A stretch of 49,897 nucleotides of DNA from Gammaproteobacteria bacterium (GTDB taxonomy: Bacteria; Pseudomonadota; Gammaproteobacteria; Francisellales; CACEW01), in the NCBI GenBank assembly GCA_029240715.1, contig JARDZR010000002.1, positions 1 to 49,897 of the forward strand. The letters run 5' to 3'. Of the stretch, positions 12,184 through 23,862 are shown piece by piece. Position 1 is the stretch's first letter. Every line of letters begins with the position of its first letter. The notes beneath the pieces were generated by a model, which was not told the origin of the DNA, ran no database searches, and saw only the letters and a program-made list of their open reading frames with translations. A program made the position numbers and the translations under genes.

Positions 12184-12208
12184 GCATCCCCGACTTTATC
12201 GGGAATGC
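12184..12208. repeat. REP-like palindromic element, copy 1
   Basis: gcatccccgactttatcgggaatgc; its core atccccgactt-atcggg-at is shared with 32414-32440. Confidence 0.55.
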
Positions 12209-12219
12209 AAGTTCTAAGC

Positions 12220-13650
12220 TTAGGCCAATTTATTTTTAAGCAAATCATTCAGCTGGGCCGGATTAGCTTTGCCGCCCGTAGCTTTCATTACTTGACCCAC
12301 AAAAAATCCGAACAACTTGTCTTTGCCGGAACGATATTCAGCTAACTGGCCTGGATTATTCGCCATGACTTCTTCAATAGCTTGTTCAAGGGCGCTGCTA
12401 TCTGAGATCTGCCTCAAAGCCTTTTTATCGATAATTTGATCGGCAGAGCCTTCTTTTTGCCACATAGCCTCAAAGACTTCTTTGGCAATGCGCCCAGAAA
12501 TAGTGTTATCGGTAATGCGGTTGATAAGCTCGGCCAAAGCATGGGCTGAAACAGGGCTTTCACCGAGGCTTAAATTATCTTTATTTAAAAAGGCTGAGAA
12601 ATCTCCCATTACCCAGTTAACTGAAAGCTTTGGCTGCTTGGTAAGACCCACTACCGTTTCAAAAAATTCTGCCAAATCTTTGTTGGCAACTAAAACCTGG
12701 GCATCATAAGCGCTTAGCTGATATTCTGATTGGAAGCGCTCAGCTTTGGCTTTTGGTAATTCAGGTAAGCTGCTGGCAAGCTGATCGATCCAGCTCTGAT
12801 CAATAACTAAAGGCAGCAGGTCAGGGTCCGGGAAATAGCGATAGTCATGCGCATTTTCTTTAGAGCGCAGTGAACGGGTCTCGCCTTTGGCTGAATCAAA
12901 CAACCTTGTTTCTTGAATAATCATCCCGCCATTTTCTAAAATTTCTTTTTGGCGTTCAATTTCATATTCAATCGCTCTTTCAACAAACCTAAAAGAGTTA
13001 ACGTTTTTAATCTCAGCTCGGGTGCCAAACTTTTCTTGCCCCTCTGGACGAAGAGAAATATTGACATCGCATCGGAAAGAGCCTTCCTGCATATTACCAT
13101 CAGAAATACCCAAGTAACGCACCAATGAATGCAATGTTTTCAGGTAAGCTACCGCTTCTTTAGCTGATCTCATATCGGGTTCTGATACAATTTCTAACAG
13201 GGGGGTGCCGGCACGGTTTAAATCAATAGCTGACATTCCGCTGAAATCTTCATGCAGGGATTTGCCTGCATCTTCTTCTAAATGAGCGCGTGTAATGCCG
13301 ATTCTTTTAATGCTGCCATCATCCAGCTGAACATCTAAATGACCTTTGCCAACAATAGGATGTTCATATTGGCTTATTTGATAACCTTTAGGCAGGTCGG
13401 GATAGAAATAATTTTTACGAGCAAATACCGAGTGTTTATTCAATTCTGCCTCAACAGCTAAGCCGAATTTAATGGCCATAGCCACTGCCTGCTCATTTAA
13501 TACCGGTAATGTGCCGGGCAGGGCTAAATCAAGAGCGCAGGCTTGGGTATTGGGCTCAGCTCCATACTGAGTGGAAGCCCCTGAAAATATTTTACTTTGA
13601 GTGGCAAGCTGGGTATGCACCTCAAGGCCAATAATGACTTCCCATTTCAT
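12220..13650 (-). CDS. gatB: Asp-tRNA(Asn)/Glu-tRNA(Gln) amidotransferase subunit B
   Basis: [67 protein letters not shown]. Confidence 0.98.
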   Translation of the reverse strand: MKWEVIIGLEVHTQLATQSKIFSGASTQYGAEPNTQACALDLALPGTLPVLNEQAVAMAIKFGLAVEAELNKHSVFARKNYFYPDLPKGYQISQYEHPIVGKGHLDVQLDDGSIKRIGITRAHLEEDAGKSLHEDFSGMSAIDLNRAGTPLLEIVSEPDMRSAKEAVAYLKTLHSLVRYLGISDGNMQEGSFRCDVNISLRPEGQEKFGTRAEIKNVNSFRFVERAIEYEIERQKEILENGGMIIQETRLFDSAKGETRSLRSKENAHDYRYFPDPDLLPLVIDQSWIDQLASSLPELPKAKAERFQSEYQLSAYDAQVLVANKDLAEFFETVVGLTKQPKLSVNWVMGDFSAFLNKDNLSLGESPVSAHALAELINRITDNTISGRIAKEVFEAMWQKEGSADQIIDKKALRQISDSSALEQAIEEVMANNPGQLAEYRSGKDKLFGFFVGQVMKATGGKANPAQLNDLLKNKLA

Positions 13651-15107
13651 GCTAATTCCTCCTCATTTGGATGCTGCTTATGCCAATCAGTAACTTGTTG
13701 ATATTGATGGGCAATATTGAGCAGCTTGGCTTCTTCAAACACATTGCCAATCAGTTGTAATCCAACAGGTAAACCATTAACAAAACCAGCTGGAATAGAC
13801 ATGCCTGGCAGACCGGCCAAATTTACAGCTAATGTGTAAATATCGGAAAGATACATGCTAACAGGGTCTTGAGTTTTTTCGCCTAGCTTAAATGCAACAG
13901 TTGGGGCAGTAGGGCCCATAATCACATCCACTTCTTGAAAGGCTGTTTGAAAGTCCTGGCTGATCAAGCGTCTAATTTTAAGGGCTTTGGTATAATAAGC
14001 ATCATAGTAGCCTGATGACAGAACATAGGTTCCCATCATAATTCTGCGTTTCACTTCGTCACCAAATCCTTCTCCTCTTGAACGCCTATACAGATCTTGC
14101 AAGTCTTTGGGATTGGCGCAGCGATAACCATAACGCACCCCGTCATATCTGGCTAAGTTAGAAGAAGCTTCAGCCGGAGCAATGACATAATAGGCGCCGA
14201 TCGAAAGGTGGTTATTCGGCAGACTGATGCTTTTAACAACGGCCCCCATTTTTTCAAATTCTTTGATAGCCGTTTGTATGGTTTGCGCAACCTTAGAATC
14301 TAAGCCTTCAGCAAAAAATTCTTCGGGAATGCCAATTCTTAAACCCTTAATACTGTCATTGAGATTTTTACTGTAATCAGCTACCGGCTGATCAACGCAG
14401 GTAGAATCCCGGCTGTCAAAACCAGCCATTACGTTCAGCATTAGAGCGCAGTCCTCTGCAGTTAAGGCCATAGGGCCGCTTTGATCTAAGCTTGAAGCAA
14501 AGGCAATCATGCCGTATCGGGAGACTCTGCCATAGGTCGGTTTAATTCCGCTCAATCCACACATAGCAGCTGGCTGGCGGATCGATCCGCCGGTATCTGT
14601 CCCGGTAGCGCCTGGGGCCAATCCTGCGGCAACTGCCGCTGCAGAGCCACCTGAAGATCCACCTGGAATATAATTCAGGTTCCAAGGGTTTCTTACGGCA
14701 CCATAAAAACTGGTTTCATTGGATGAACCCATGGCGAATTCATCCATATTGGTTTTGCCAAGCATGACAGAACCGTCTTGCTGAAATTTTTCAATAATAT
14801 GGGCATCATACGGAGCAATAAAGTTATCCAGCATTTTTGAGCCGCAGGTGGTTTTGACCCCGTTGCTGCAAAAAATATCTTTTTGAGCAATAGGAACTCC
14901 CGTCAAATGGCCCATTTTTCCGGAAGCTATTAATTGGTCGGCATGTTTGGCTTGGGCCAAGGCCAGCTCTTCTGTCACGCTAATAAAACTGTTTAGCTTA
15001 GGGTCAAGTTTTTTAATTCTTGAAAGGTAATATTGAGTGAGTTCAAGACTAGAAACTTTTTTAGCGGTCAAGTCAGCCTTTAGTTTTGCAATAGTGGCAT
15101 ATTTCAT
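13647..15107 (-). CDS. gatA: Amidotransferase subunit A
   Basis: Amidase signature [49 protein letters not shown]. Confidence 0.98.
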   Translation of the reverse strand: MKYATIAKLKADLTAKKVSSLELTQYYLSRIKKLDPKLNSFISVTEELALAQAKHADQLIASGKMGHLTGVPIAQKDIFCSNGVKTTCGSKMLDNFIAPYDAHIIEKFQQDGSVMLGKTNMDEFAMGSSNETSFYGAVRNPWNLNYIPGGSSGGSAAAVAAGLAPGATGTDTGGSIRQPAAMCGLSGIKPTYGRVSRYGMIAFASSLDQSGPMALTAEDCALMLNVMAGFDSRDSTCVDQPVADYSKNLNDSIKGLRIGIPEEFFAEGLDSKVAQTIQTAIKEFEKMGAVVKSISLPNNHLSIGAYYVIAPAEASSNLARYDGVRYGYRCANPKDLQDLYRRSRGEGFGDEVKRRIMMGTYVLSSGYYDAYYTKALKIRRLISQDFQTAFQEVDVIMGPTAPTVAFKLGEKTQDPVSMYLSDIYTLAVNLAGLPGMSIPAGFVNGLPVGLQLIGNVFEEAKLLNIAHQYQQVTDWHKQHPNEEELA

Positions 15108-15120
15108 GAGATTTCCTTAA

Positions 15121-15408
15121 TCACTCGATAACTTGAGGGACAAGATAAAGCCCTGCAGCAGTAGCAGGAGCTATTTTTTGAAAAACTTCGCGCTGATTGC
15201 TTTCAATAACAATATCTTTGCGCAAGCGTTGATTCTGCTTAAGAGGGTGGGTCATCGGCTCAATATGGTCGGTATTCAGTTTTTCCATTTCCTTTACCAT
15301 GCTGAGAATATTGTTGAGGTCATGAGCATATTTTTGTACTTGGCCATCAGTAATGTCTAAATGGGCAAGGCGCGCAATATGGCATACGGTTTTTTCTTCT
15401 ACGGACAT
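15121..15408 (-). CDS. gatC: Amidotransferase subunit C
   Basis: HIARLAHL...EPMTHPL...LRKD...YLVPQVIE; first gene of gatCAB. Confidence 0.95.
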   Translation of the reverse strand: MSVEEKTVCHIARLAHLDITDGQVQKYAHDLNNILSMVKEMEKLNTDHIEPMTHPLKQNQRLRKDIVIESNQREVFQKIAPATAAGLYLVPQVIE

Positions 15409-15462
15409 TGAATTTCTCGCGCTAGTTGTAAAATTTGGAGACCTACTTTAGCACATTCTTAC

Positions 15463-16005
15463 TTACTGTCGCAAAAGTTTTAAGGTTTCTTCGCACCAGA
15501 GTTTTTTGGCTTCGAGATTGAGTTTGGTAAAGCGGTAGGTTGCATTCAGATATTTCTGATCTTCACGTCCGGCATGTTCGCTTGCAATATATTGTGCGAT
15601 ATCCTCTAGAACTTTAAGCTGCTGCTGAACCTGAGCGAAGTAATCTTGAATAAGTTGCAAGGCCCATTCTTGTCCCGCATGTTCAGCCATGGTTAATTTT
15701 AGAAGGATCTCCTCCCGATATTGGGCCGGATCTATAGGCTGAGTTAGCCAGGCTTCTAATTTAGTTAAGCCCTCAGAGGTAATGACATAAATTCGACGGT
15801 TTCTAGCGCCACTGGCGATATCAAGTTTGGAGCTCACCAGGCCTTCTTGCTCCAGTTTTTTCAGAATAGGGTAAATTTGAGCATTGCTTTCAGACCAATG
15901 AAAGGGCGATACCTTACTGAATTTTTGCTTTAGATCGTAGCCTGACATGCTGCTTTTACTAAGCCAGCCTAAGATAGCAAATTGGCTTTTATTAATTTTG
16001 CTCAT
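15463..16005 (-). CDS. PadR-family transcriptional regulator (with C-terminal Vir_act_alpha-type extension)
   Basis: AILGWL...MSGYDL...HWSESNAQIYPILKKLEQEGLV...RRIYVITSEG...LEAWL; likely start at 16005. Confidence 0.9.
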   Translation of the reverse strand: MSKINKSQFAILGWLSKSSMSGYDLKQKFSKVSPFHWSESNAQIYPILKKLEQEGLVSSKLDIASGARNRRIYVITSEGLTKLEAWLTQPIDPAQYREEILLKLTMAEHAGQEWALQLIQDYFAQVQQQLKVLEDIAQYIASEHAGREDQKYLNATYRFTKLNLEAKKLWCEETLKLLRQ

Positions 16006-16220
16006 TTCAAAAAATCCGCTTTGAAGAATTTCCAAAGCATAGCACAAAAAGGTAAAATTGACAGGTATTTTAAACCTATCATTGCGACTAGCAAGAGCCT
16101 TGAAGATAAGTCGCGATAATATAGGTATAAAATACAGGTTATGATTACTTATTTAAATAAACTGGCATCTACTTGCCAGCATGATATACTTCTTAAAATT
16201 GATAATATAAGTTAAGCAAT

Positions 16221-17102
16221 ATGCCGTTTTTTGACGTTTTACTCACTACTTTAGCAGCGATGCTGTGGGGATTTAACTATCTAGCAATCAAGGTGGGGGT
16301 TGCCGCGTTTTCACCCATTTATGCTATGGTTTTGCGGTTTATTATAGTCAGCGCGGTTCTTGCCCCCTGGATTATCCGGACCCCAAAAGATAAGTTGTGG
16401 CCGCTATTTAAACTCTCCGTTATTATGGGAACGATTTATTTCAGCCTGTTTTTTATAGGAACTGCCGGGGTGCCTGCGGGTGAAGCGGCGATTATTATGC
16501 AGTTACAAGTTCCTATTGCCGCCATCATTTCTACCTTTGTATTTAAAGAAAAACTGAGTTTTAAAGTATTTACAGGTATTGTTATTGCCATGGTTGGGGT
16601 GATTGTGACGATTGGCATGCCACAACATGCTGAATCTTTTAAGCCCATAATATACTTGGTATTTGCTGCGCTGTTTTGGGCCTTGGGCAATATCCAAGCT
16701 AAAAAAATCGGTGATATGCATCCCTTTGTTTTAAATGGAACAATGGCGCTTTTTGCAGCTCCTCAGCTCTTTATTTTAACCCTTATTTTTGAGCCTTCAG
16801 CCTTTGCTTCTATTAAGCATGCTAATTTAGAAGACTTTGGGGCTTTGCTTTATATGGCCTTGATTTCTAATATTGTTTGTTATTCTATTTGGTTTAAAAT
16901 GCTGCAACGCCATGCAGTCAATAAAGTGATGCCGTTTAATCTTTTAGTGCCAATTGTCGCAGTCATTTCCGCTGATTTATTTGCGCATGAAGTCATCAGC
17001 TTGCACGTATTAATAGGCTGCATTCTCTGCGTATTTGGCTTAAGCCTGGTATTGATTAAACGCCACCCAAGCAAGCCTAAATTAGCTGTTGAAGAAAGCT
17101 AG
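16221..17102 (+). CDS. EamA/DMT-family transporter
   Basis: [16 protein letters not shown], two EamA repeats, about 10 hydrophobic segments; divergent from PadR. Confidence 0.9.
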   Translation: MPFFDVLLTTLAAMLWGFNYLAIKVGVAAFSPIYAMVLRFIIVSAVLAPWIIRTPKDKLWPLFKLSVIMGTIYFSLFFIGTAGVPAGEAAIIMQLQVPIAAIISTFVFKEKLSFKVFTGIVIAMVGVIVTIGMPQHAESFKPIIYLVFAALFWALGNIQAKKIGDMHPFVLNGTMALFAAPQLFILTLIFEPSAFASIKHANLEDFGALLYMALISNIVCYSIWFKMLQRHAVNKVMPFNLLVPIVAVISADLFAHEVISLHVLIGCILCVFGLSLVLIKRHPSKPKLAVEES

Positions 17103-17938
17103 AGATTTTCAAACTCTGTAGCATCAAATACTAAAGGAAATTCAGAATCTGAGCTATGAGCAACATGCTCCGATTTCAAGTTTTTAAAGTCCCAAAGAGA
17201 GCTGTCCATCAGTTGGCTTGGATTCACGCTGCTCAAAGCATGTAGGATATTACTGGGCACTTTAGGATTGTCTTTTGCAAGCTCGTCAATCAGCTTTTTA
17301 ACTTTAACCCTGGATAGGTTTTCTTGAGAGCCACATAAATTACATGGAATAATAGGGAACTGCTGCTCCTTGGCATATTCAATAATGTCTTGCTCTTGGC
17401 AATAAGCTAAAGGTCGAATCACCACATGCTTTTTATTATCGCTCAATAGCTTAGGCGGCATGGATTTAATTTGTCCGCTATATAAAATTGACATAAGCAG
17501 CGTACGAATCAAGTCATCACGATGGTGACCTAAAGCAATCTTAGTAAAACCGTTTTGTTCGGCATAGTTATAAATAGTGCCGCGACGAAGCCTTGAACAC
17601 AGCGAACAGTAAGTTTGACCTTCGGGGATTTTTTCTTTGACAATGGAATAGGTATCACGGCGCATAATTTCATAGGGAATTTTGCGATGATTGAGCCAAT
17701 CCCTTAATGCGCTATCGTCCCAACCTGGCTGGGCCTGGTCTAAAGTAAAAGCAAAAATTTCAAAACTGTAATGGTATTTTTGGCGAAGAAAATCCAATAT
17801 ACAAAGCATGCTGAAGGAATCTTTGCCACCAGATAGGCAAACCATCACCTTATCGCCTTTTTCAATCATTTTAAATTCAGCAATCGCTTTGCTGGTGTAA
17901 TGGGCTAGTTTTTTACCTATTTTGCTTAGTTCTGGCAT
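17099..17938 (-). CDS. ttcA: tRNA 2-thiocytidine(32) synthetase
   Basis: PP-loop [33 protein letters not shown]. Start at 17938 or 17992. Confidence 0.96.
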   Translation of the reverse strand: MPELSKIGKKLAHYTSKAIAEFKMIEKGDKVMVCLSGGKDSFSMLCILDFLRQKYHYSFEIFAFTLDQAQPGWDDSALRDWLNHRKIPYEIMRRDTYSIVKEKIPEGQTYCSLCSRLRRGTIYNYAEQNGFTKIALGHHRDDLIRTLLMSILYSGQIKSMPPKLLSDNKKHVVIRPLAYCQEQDIIEYAKEQQFPIIPCNLCGSQENLSRVKVKKLIDELAKDNPKVPSNILHALSSVNPSQLMDSSLWDFKNLKSEHVAHSSDSEFPLVFDATEFENL

Positions 17939-18059
17939 GTAGTGACTCAAATCCTTATTAGAATGCTTGCTGTTGCAGTTTGCTGGCAGCATTGTAAATT
18001 TTTAGGCTGCAAGAGTCAAAAATAGGGTAGAATAGCTATTTTTATTAGTGGGAATTGCA

Positions 18060-20255
18060 ATGCATTCATTTTTTGCTTCTACCGCCAAAGGCATCGAGGG
18101 CTTATTATTTGAAGAATTAAGCGCTTTAGGAGCCACTGAGCTAAGAGAAACCAGGGCCGGCGTTTATTTTAGCGGCGATATTAAATTGGCTTACAAAGTT
18201 TGCTTATGGTCAAGGCTGGCCAATAACATTTACCTGCCTTTATTAAAGTTCAAAGCAAAAAATCCGGATGAGCTTTATCGGGAAAGCCTTAAAATTGACT
18301 GGCTGGAACATCTAGCCTCTAATGGCTCATTTCGAATCGATGTTGATGGCAAACATAGCAGCATCAATCATCCGCATTTTATTGCTCAAAAAATTAAAGA
18401 CGCCATCGTCGACCAAATTCGAGATAAACTGGGAAAAAGGCCTAGCATTAATGCCGAACGCCCGGATGTTGTTTTGCACGCCTATGTTAAAGGGGATGAG
18501 TTTAGCTTAAACCTTGATTTATCAGGGGAAAGCATGCATAAAAGAGGCTATCGCTTAGAATCCGGCAAGGCCCCATTGAAAGAAACACTGGCTGCTGCTG
18601 TTTTAGTTCGGTCCGGCTGGCCAGAACAACTAAAACAAGCTAGTCCCATTTTATTCGACCCAATGTGCGGTACCGGAACTTTATTAATAGAGGCCGCTTT
18701 AATGGCTTATGATATTGCCCCAGGCTTGCATCGGACTTATTTTGGCTTTTTAGGCTGGCGTCAACATCGAAAAAGCATTTGGCAGGAATTAGTCGATGAA
18801 GCTAAAGCAAGATCGGAAACCGGTTTAAAAAGACCGCCTGTTTTAATTTATGGCTCGGATATCCATCCTCAAGCCATTAGCAAAGCTCAAGCTAATATTA
18901 AACGAGCAGGCTTAAGCAACATGATTCAAGTGGAGCAAGCCGACGCAAGCAATCTAAGCCCATTGGCTTTAAGCCTGGCAAAAGATACGCCTCAAGCTGA
19001 TATAAAAGGCTTAATAGTCTGCAATCCTCCTTATGGAGAGCGCCTTGAGTTCGAGCAGACTGAACTTGAGCGTTTATTTAGAGGCCTAGGGCAAAGCCTT
19101 AAACAGCATTATCCAAACTGGGAAGTATGTATTTTTACCGGCAACCCGGACTCAGTGAAATCAATAGGTTTGCGGCCATATAAAATTTACCATTTATTTA
19201 ACGGGCTCTTGCCTTGTGAGCTATTAAAATTTGAAGTCAAATCTGCTGCATTTAAGCAAGAAGAATCTTCGCGAGACAAGATCCTAAGACAAGCCAAAGC
19301 TTTGCAGGAAGAGGGCCTATCTGATCATGCCAAAATGCTGCTTAACCGTTTGGCCAAAAACGAAAAGCATTTAAGAAATTGGCGTAAAAAAGAACAAATA
19401 CAGTGCTATCGCTTATATGATGCGGACATTCCAGAATATTCAGCCGCTATCGATATTTACGAAAACTTTGTCCATATTCAAGAATATCAGGCCGGCAAAG
19501 ACATCGACCCCAAAGTTGCCCATCAGCATTTAGTGGATATCCTAGCGGCCACTCAAGCTTTTACCCAGGCCAGTTGGGAACATATTTTTATCAAGCAAAG
19601 GCAGCGCCAAAAGGGCGATGAGCAATATGAAAAACTGGCAGAAAAAGGCGAGTTTCACATCATCCATGAGGCTAATGCCAAGCTATGGGTAAACTTTTGC
19701 GACTATTTGGATACCGGACTATTTTTGGACCATCGCCTAATGCGGCAAAAAGTGGCTGAAGCTTCACACAATAAAAGCCTGCTCAATTTATTTGCCTATA
19801 CCTGCACTGCAAGCGTGCATGCGGCTCTAGCGGGTGCCAAAAAGGTAAGCAGTGTGGATATGTCAAAAACATACCTGGATTGGGGCAAGCGCAATTTCAG
19901 CTTAAATGAAATCAATTTATCAAAACATGAGTTTATTCAAGCAGATTGCCTACAGTGGTTGGAACAGGCCACAGAGAAATTTGATGTGATTTTCATTGAC
20001 CCTCCCAGTTTTTCTAATTCCAAAAGAATGCAAGAAACCTTTGATGTACAAAGAGACCATGCTAAATTAATTCAAGCGGCAATTCGCTTGCTCAAGCCTA
20101 ACGGCGTACTGTTCTTTTCAAACAATCTGCGTTCATTTAAATTGGACTATAACGCTTTGAGTCCATTAAAAATCAAGGAAATTAGTAAAGCTTGTTTGCC
20201 GCCTGATTTTATTAGAAGGCCTAATATTCACCATTGTTTCGAGATTAATTTATAG
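18060..20255 (+). CDS. rlmL: Bifunctional 23S rRNA m2G2445/m7G2069 methyltransferase RlmKL
   Basis: THUMP plus first MTase (HKRGYR, APLKETLAAA, DPMCGTGT, NPPYGERL) and second MTase (YLDTGLFLDHR, NLFAYT, DPPSFSNSK). Confidence 0.96.
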   Translation: MHSFFASTAKGIEGLLFEELSALGATELRETRAGVYFSGDIKLAYKVCLWSRLANNIYLPLLKFKAKNPDELYRESLKIDWLEHLASNGSFRIDVDGKHSSINHPHFIAQKIKDAIVDQIRDKLGKRPSINAERPDVVLHAYVKGDEFSLNLDLSGESMHKRGYRLESGKAPLKETLAAAVLVRSGWPEQLKQASPILFDPMCGTGTLLIEAALMAYDIAPGLHRTYFGFLGWRQHRKSIWQELVDEAKARSETGLKRPPVLIYGSDIHPQAISKAQANIKRAGLSNMIQVEQADASNLSPLALSLAKDTPQADIKGLIVCNPPYGERLEFEQTELERLFRGLGQSLKQHYPNWEVCIFTGNPDSVKSIGLRPYKIYHLFNGLLPCELLKFEVKSAAFKQEESSRDKILRQAKALQEEGLSDHAKMLLNRLAKNEKHLRNWRKKEQIQCYRLYDADIPEYSAAIDIYENFVHIQEYQAGKDIDPKVAHQHLVDILAATQAFTQASWEHIFIKQRQRQKGDEQYEKLAEKGEFHIIHEANAKLWVNFCDYLDTGLFLDHRLMRQKVAEASHNKSLLNLFAYTCTASVHAALAGAKKVSSVDMSKTYLDWGKRNFSLNEINLSKHEFIQADCLQWLEQATEKFDVIFIDPPSFSNSKRMQETFDVQRDHAKLIQAAIRLLKPNGVLFFSNNLRSFKLDYNALSPLKIKEISKACLPPDFIRRPNIHHCFEINL

Positions 20256-20311
20256 GCAAATAATCATTAAATTTTGAGTAAAATAACTTAAAAAAACAAG
20301 GAGGCTTAAAT

Positions 20312-20527
20312 ATGCATAAAGGAAAAGATTTAGATACTACTCAAGGTGGCGGGCAGCTTTTATTTGAAACAAGCATGCAAGCAAAGGAATATAGACGCAG
20401 AAAACAGCAATCCAGCTTTAGCTTTGCTCGGTTTTTTTGCTGTTTTTCAGACAAAAAGCCCAGTCCAAAAAAAAATATAAAAACCAGCTCTGGCAAATCC
20501 GAAGTGCTGCTTAAAAATGATATATAG
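20312..20527 (+). CDS. Small basic hypothetical protein (contains RFFCCF)
   Basis: 71 aa with a strong SD (AAGGAGG) upstream of the ATG. Confidence 0.55.
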   Translation: MHKGKDLDTTQGGGQLLFETSMQAKEYRRRKQQSSFSFARFFCCFSDKKPSPKKNIKTSSGKSEVLLKNDI

Positions 20528-20535
20528 GCCAAATT

Positions 20536-21048
20536 ATGTTTAACTCAAGTTCAGTTGCAGAAGAAAAAGATGTTTATCAAAAGTTGGCCGACGGTCCTCA
20601 AGCAAAACCAATTAAAATCAGATCAAGTTGCTGCTTTTTAGACTGTGATGTTGAAGAAAGCCCTGAGGATGCCTTAGCCCGCGAAACTTCCGTCAACACC
20701 TCAAGAAATAGCTCGGTAAGCTCTCTAGGCTCTTTAGCAGAAGAGCTGGATGCTGAGCCGCAGCCTAGACCATTAAGATCTGCTGCAGAGGCCAAAATAG
20801 GAGAGGCGGCTTCAGAAAAGCATAAAAGAAAACGCCTTAGCCAGGGTCGCGGGGCCCAAATCGATAGTCACCGTAAAGCGGTTATAGCCCAAGTTAACAA
20901 AGGGCGGGCTACTCCAACCGGCACTACCCCGGTTAAAGATAGGACCATTACGATAGATGCACCGCCTACCGCTGAAAAAAGCATGTGGCGCACACAACGC
21001 TTAAATTATGGTGAAGAACCAAGCATTGCCAAGGGTGCCGGCTTATAA
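20536..21048 (+). CDS. Hypothetical, likely disordered Ser-rich protein (contains SSCCF)
   Basis: 170-aa ORF starting 8 bp after the previous ORF and converging on valS; no recognised domain. Confidence 0.55.
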   Translation: MFNSSSVAEEKDVYQKLADGPQAKPIKIRSSCCFLDCDVEESPEDALARETSVNTSRNSSVSSLGSLAEELDAEPQPRPLRSAAEAKIGEAASEKHKRKRLSQGRGAQIDSHRKAVIAQVNKGRATPTGTTPVKDRTITIDAPPTAEKSMWRTQRLNYGEEPSIAKGAGL

Positions 21049-23808
21049 GCTTTTTAGCTCAGTTAAGCGCAAGCTTAGTAAGCTTTGCGCTTCTTTAGCT
21101 TTATGCAGCTTTTCTTTTTCTTTGGCAACCACAGCTTCTGGTGCTTTATCGGCAAACTGAGGGTTGGCCAATTTAGCTTCAAGCCTCATGATTTCTTCTG
21201 CATATTTATTCAATTCTTTGTGCAAACGCTCAATTTCAGCTTGAACATCCACCAAACCGACTAACGGTATATGAAATTGAATATCATCCATTAAAAAACT
21301 AGCGGAAGGAGGAGGGCTGTCATTTGAGCTTAAATACTCAATCTCTTCAAGTCTACCCAACTGCTTGATAAAAGGTTCAAAAGCTCTATTGCTGTCTTTG
21401 GCCATCTGACTAGCCCCTTGAATAAGCAGTTTGACTAACTTACTGGGCGGCACGTTATTTTCAGAGCGCAATGCTCTAATAGCGCCTATTAATAGCTTAA
21501 CTCGCTCTACAGTCAGGCTAGCCTGATCATTATCGTTATTTTCAGCTTTAGGGTAGGCTTGCAGCATAATGCTATCGGCTGATATCGATAGAGCAGGGGC
21601 CACAGATTGCCAAATGCTTTCTGTAATAAAAGGAATAATAGGATGAGCCAACCTTAACACTTGTTCAAGCACAGAGACTAAGGTATAGCGGGTGGCTGCT
21701 TTTTGCGAGTCATTATACTGATCACCGTTTAATATTACTTTGGCAAATTCCAAATACCAATCGCAGTACTCATTCCAAACAAAGTCGTAAATGTTTTGTG
21801 CCAACAAATCGAAGCGATACTCAGCTAAATAGCGATGGGCATTGGCGATACATTGGTCCAATTTAGCATGGATCCAATGATCAATCGGACTTAAATTGCT
21901 CGCTTGCTTAATGGGCTGAGCTTCAACATTCATCAATACAAAACGGGTCGCATTCCATAATTTATTGCAAAAGTTGCGATATCCTTCCATCCTTTGCACG
22001 TCAAAATTGATATCTCGGCTAGTGGAAGCTAAAGCGCAGAAGGTAAAGCGTAAAGCATCGGTACCAAAAGCAGGGATGCCTTCCGGAAATTGTTTTTTAG
22101 TCGCCTGAGTAATTTTTTCAGCCAGTTTGGGCTGCATCATGCCATAAGTACGTTTTTGGATTAAGCTGTCCAGATCGATGCCGTCAATCAAATCCACCGG
22201 ATCAAGCACATTGCCTTTGGTTTTTGACATTTTTTGGCCCTCGCTATCTCGAATCAGGCCTGTGATGTAGACTTCGTTAAAAGGCACTTCTTTCATAAAA
22301 TGGAGACCAAACATCGCCATTCTGGCCACCCAGAAAAAGATAATGTCAAAGCCGGTGATCAAAATTGAAGTCGGATAAAAGTTCTTAAGCTCAGGGGTTT
22401 GTTCCGGCCAGCCTAGAGTTGAGAAGGGCCATAATGCAGATGAAAACCAAGTATCCAATACGTCTTCATCTTGCTTGAGTTCAACATGGTCCGGGAGCTT
22501 ATGCTGATCTCTAACTGACTGCTCATCCCAGCCAACATAGATATTATTGTCTTTATCATACCAGGCTGGAATGCGGTGTCCCCACCATAATTGACGGCTA
22601 ATACACCAGTCTTGAATATTGTGCATCCACTCAAAATAGGTATTGCCCCAGTTTTCAGGAATGAATTTAATTTTTCCAGATTCCACTGCTTTAATGGCCG
22701 GCTCTGCCAAAGGTTTGGTTTTCACATACCATTGGTCCATTAAATAAGGCTCAAGCACTGCATTGCCTCTTTCATTCCTAGGGACCTTTAAAACATGGGG
22801 CTGGATCTTTTCTAACAAGCCTAAAGCCTCTAAATCAGCGACTATTTTTTTGCGGGCAACAAAACGCTCTAAACCTTGATAAACAACAGGGGTATTTTCA
22901 TTCAAATGAGCAGTTTCAGTAAAAATATTAATTAAAGGCAACTGATGGCGCTTACCCACTTCATAGTCATTAAAGTCATGGGCCGGAGTGATTTTAACGC
23001 AACCTGTACCAAAGCTTGGGTCAACGTATTCATCAGCGATGATTTGAATCAGCCTATCAGTGAGAGGCAGCTTTAGCATTCTTCCAATTAAATGTTGATA
23101 TCTTTCATCATCAGGATGCACAGCTACTGCAACATCACCCAGCATTGTTTCAGGGCGGGTTGTGGCAACCACTAAAAAGCCTGAGCCATCTTCTAAAGGA
23201 TAGCGGATATGCCAGAGCGAACCTTGCTCTTCAACCGGATTAGCCTCGAGGTCTGACACAGCGGTCAACATAACTGGGTCCCAGTTTACCAAACGTTTGC
23301 CGCGGTAGATTAGTCCGTCTTCATATAAGCTAATAAAGGCTTGCTTGACTGCTTTAGATAAACCTTCATCTAGGGTAAAGCGCTCACGAGACCAGTCTGG
23401 AGAGGTGCCCAGACGGCGCATTTGTTTGGTAATATTGCCACCTGATTCAGCTTTCCATTGCCAGACTTTTTCAACAAAAGCCTCTCTACCTAAATCATAA
23501 CGAGATTGCCCTTTGGCATGCAGCTGGTTTTCTACCACCATTTGCGTGGCGATTCCAGCATGATCAGTCCCTGGCTGCCATAAAGTATTGTCACCTTGCA
23601 TGCGATGATATCGAATTAATATATCCATCAGGGTTTGCTGGAACCCGTGTCCCATATGCAAGCTTCCGGTAACATTGGGCGGCGGTAACATAATAGAAAA
23701 GGGCAGGCCTTTAGCCTGAGGTTTAAAATAGCCTGCCTGCTCCCATTTTTGATAAAGCGCGGATTCAATGTCCTTTGGGGAATAAGTTTTTTCCATGGAT
23801 GTACTCAT
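21043..23808 (-). CDS. valS: Valine--tRNA ligase
   Basis: [13 protein letters not shown] (HIGH), [36 protein letters not shown] (KMSKS), C-terminal coiled coil. Confidence 0.98.
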   Translation of the reverse strand: MSTSMEKTYSPKDIESALYQKWEQAGYFKPQAKGLPFSIMLPPPNVTGSLHMGHGFQQTLMDILIRYHRMQGDNTLWQPGTDHAGIATQMVVENQLHAKGQSRYDLGREAFVEKVWQWKAESGGNITKQMRRLGTSPDWSRERFTLDEGLSKAVKQAFISLYEDGLIYRGKRLVNWDPVMLTAVSDLEANPVEEQGSLWHIRYPLEDGSGFLVVATTRPETMLGDVAVAVHPDDERYQHLIGRMLKLPLTDRLIQIIADEYVDPSFGTGCVKITPAHDFNDYEVGKRHQLPLINIFTETAHLNENTPVVYQGLERFVARKKIVADLEALGLLEKIQPHVLKVPRNERGNAVLEPYLMDQWYVKTKPLAEPAIKAVESGKIKFIPENWGNTYFEWMHNIQDWCISRQLWWGHRIPAWYDKDNNIYVGWDEQSVRDQHKLPDHVELKQDEDVLDTWFSSALWPFSTLGWPEQTPELKNFYPTSILITGFDIIFFWVARMAMFGLHFMKEVPFNEVYITGLIRDSEGQKMSKTKGNVLDPVDLIDGIDLDSLIQKRTYGMMQPKLAEKITQATKKQFPEGIPAFGTDALRFTFCALASTSRDINFDVQRMEGYRNFCNKLWNATRFVLMNVEAQPIKQASNLSPIDHWIHAKLDQCIANAHRYLAEYRFDLLAQNIYDFVWNEYCDWYLEFAKVILNGDQYNDSQKAATRYTLVSVLEQVLRLAHPIIPFITESIWQSVAPALSISADSIMLQAYPKAENNDNDQASLTVERVKLLIGAIRALRSENNVPPSKLVKLLIQGASQMAKDSNRAFEPFIKQLGRLEEIEYLSSNDSPPPSASFLMDDIQFHIPLVGLVDVQAEIERLHKELNKYAEEIMRLEAKLANPQFADKAPEAVVAKEKEKLHKAKEAQSLLSLRLTELKSL

Positions 23809-23809
23809 A

Positions 23810-23836
23810 TGCCATATTAATATGGCAATTATTGTA
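23810..23836 (-). promoter_or_regulatory. Putative valS -10 box (TACAAT) with a perfect 18-bp palindrome just downstream
   Basis: Minus-strand TACAAT at 23836-23831; palindrome tgccatattaatatggca at 23810-23827. Confidence 0.4.
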
Positions 23837-23862
23837 CCCAGCTTAGGGCTGGCTGAAAAGCA

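Noticed and set aside
22220-22240. KMSKT instead of KMSKS in ValRS
   Set aside because: A conservative variant with the catalytic Lys retained.
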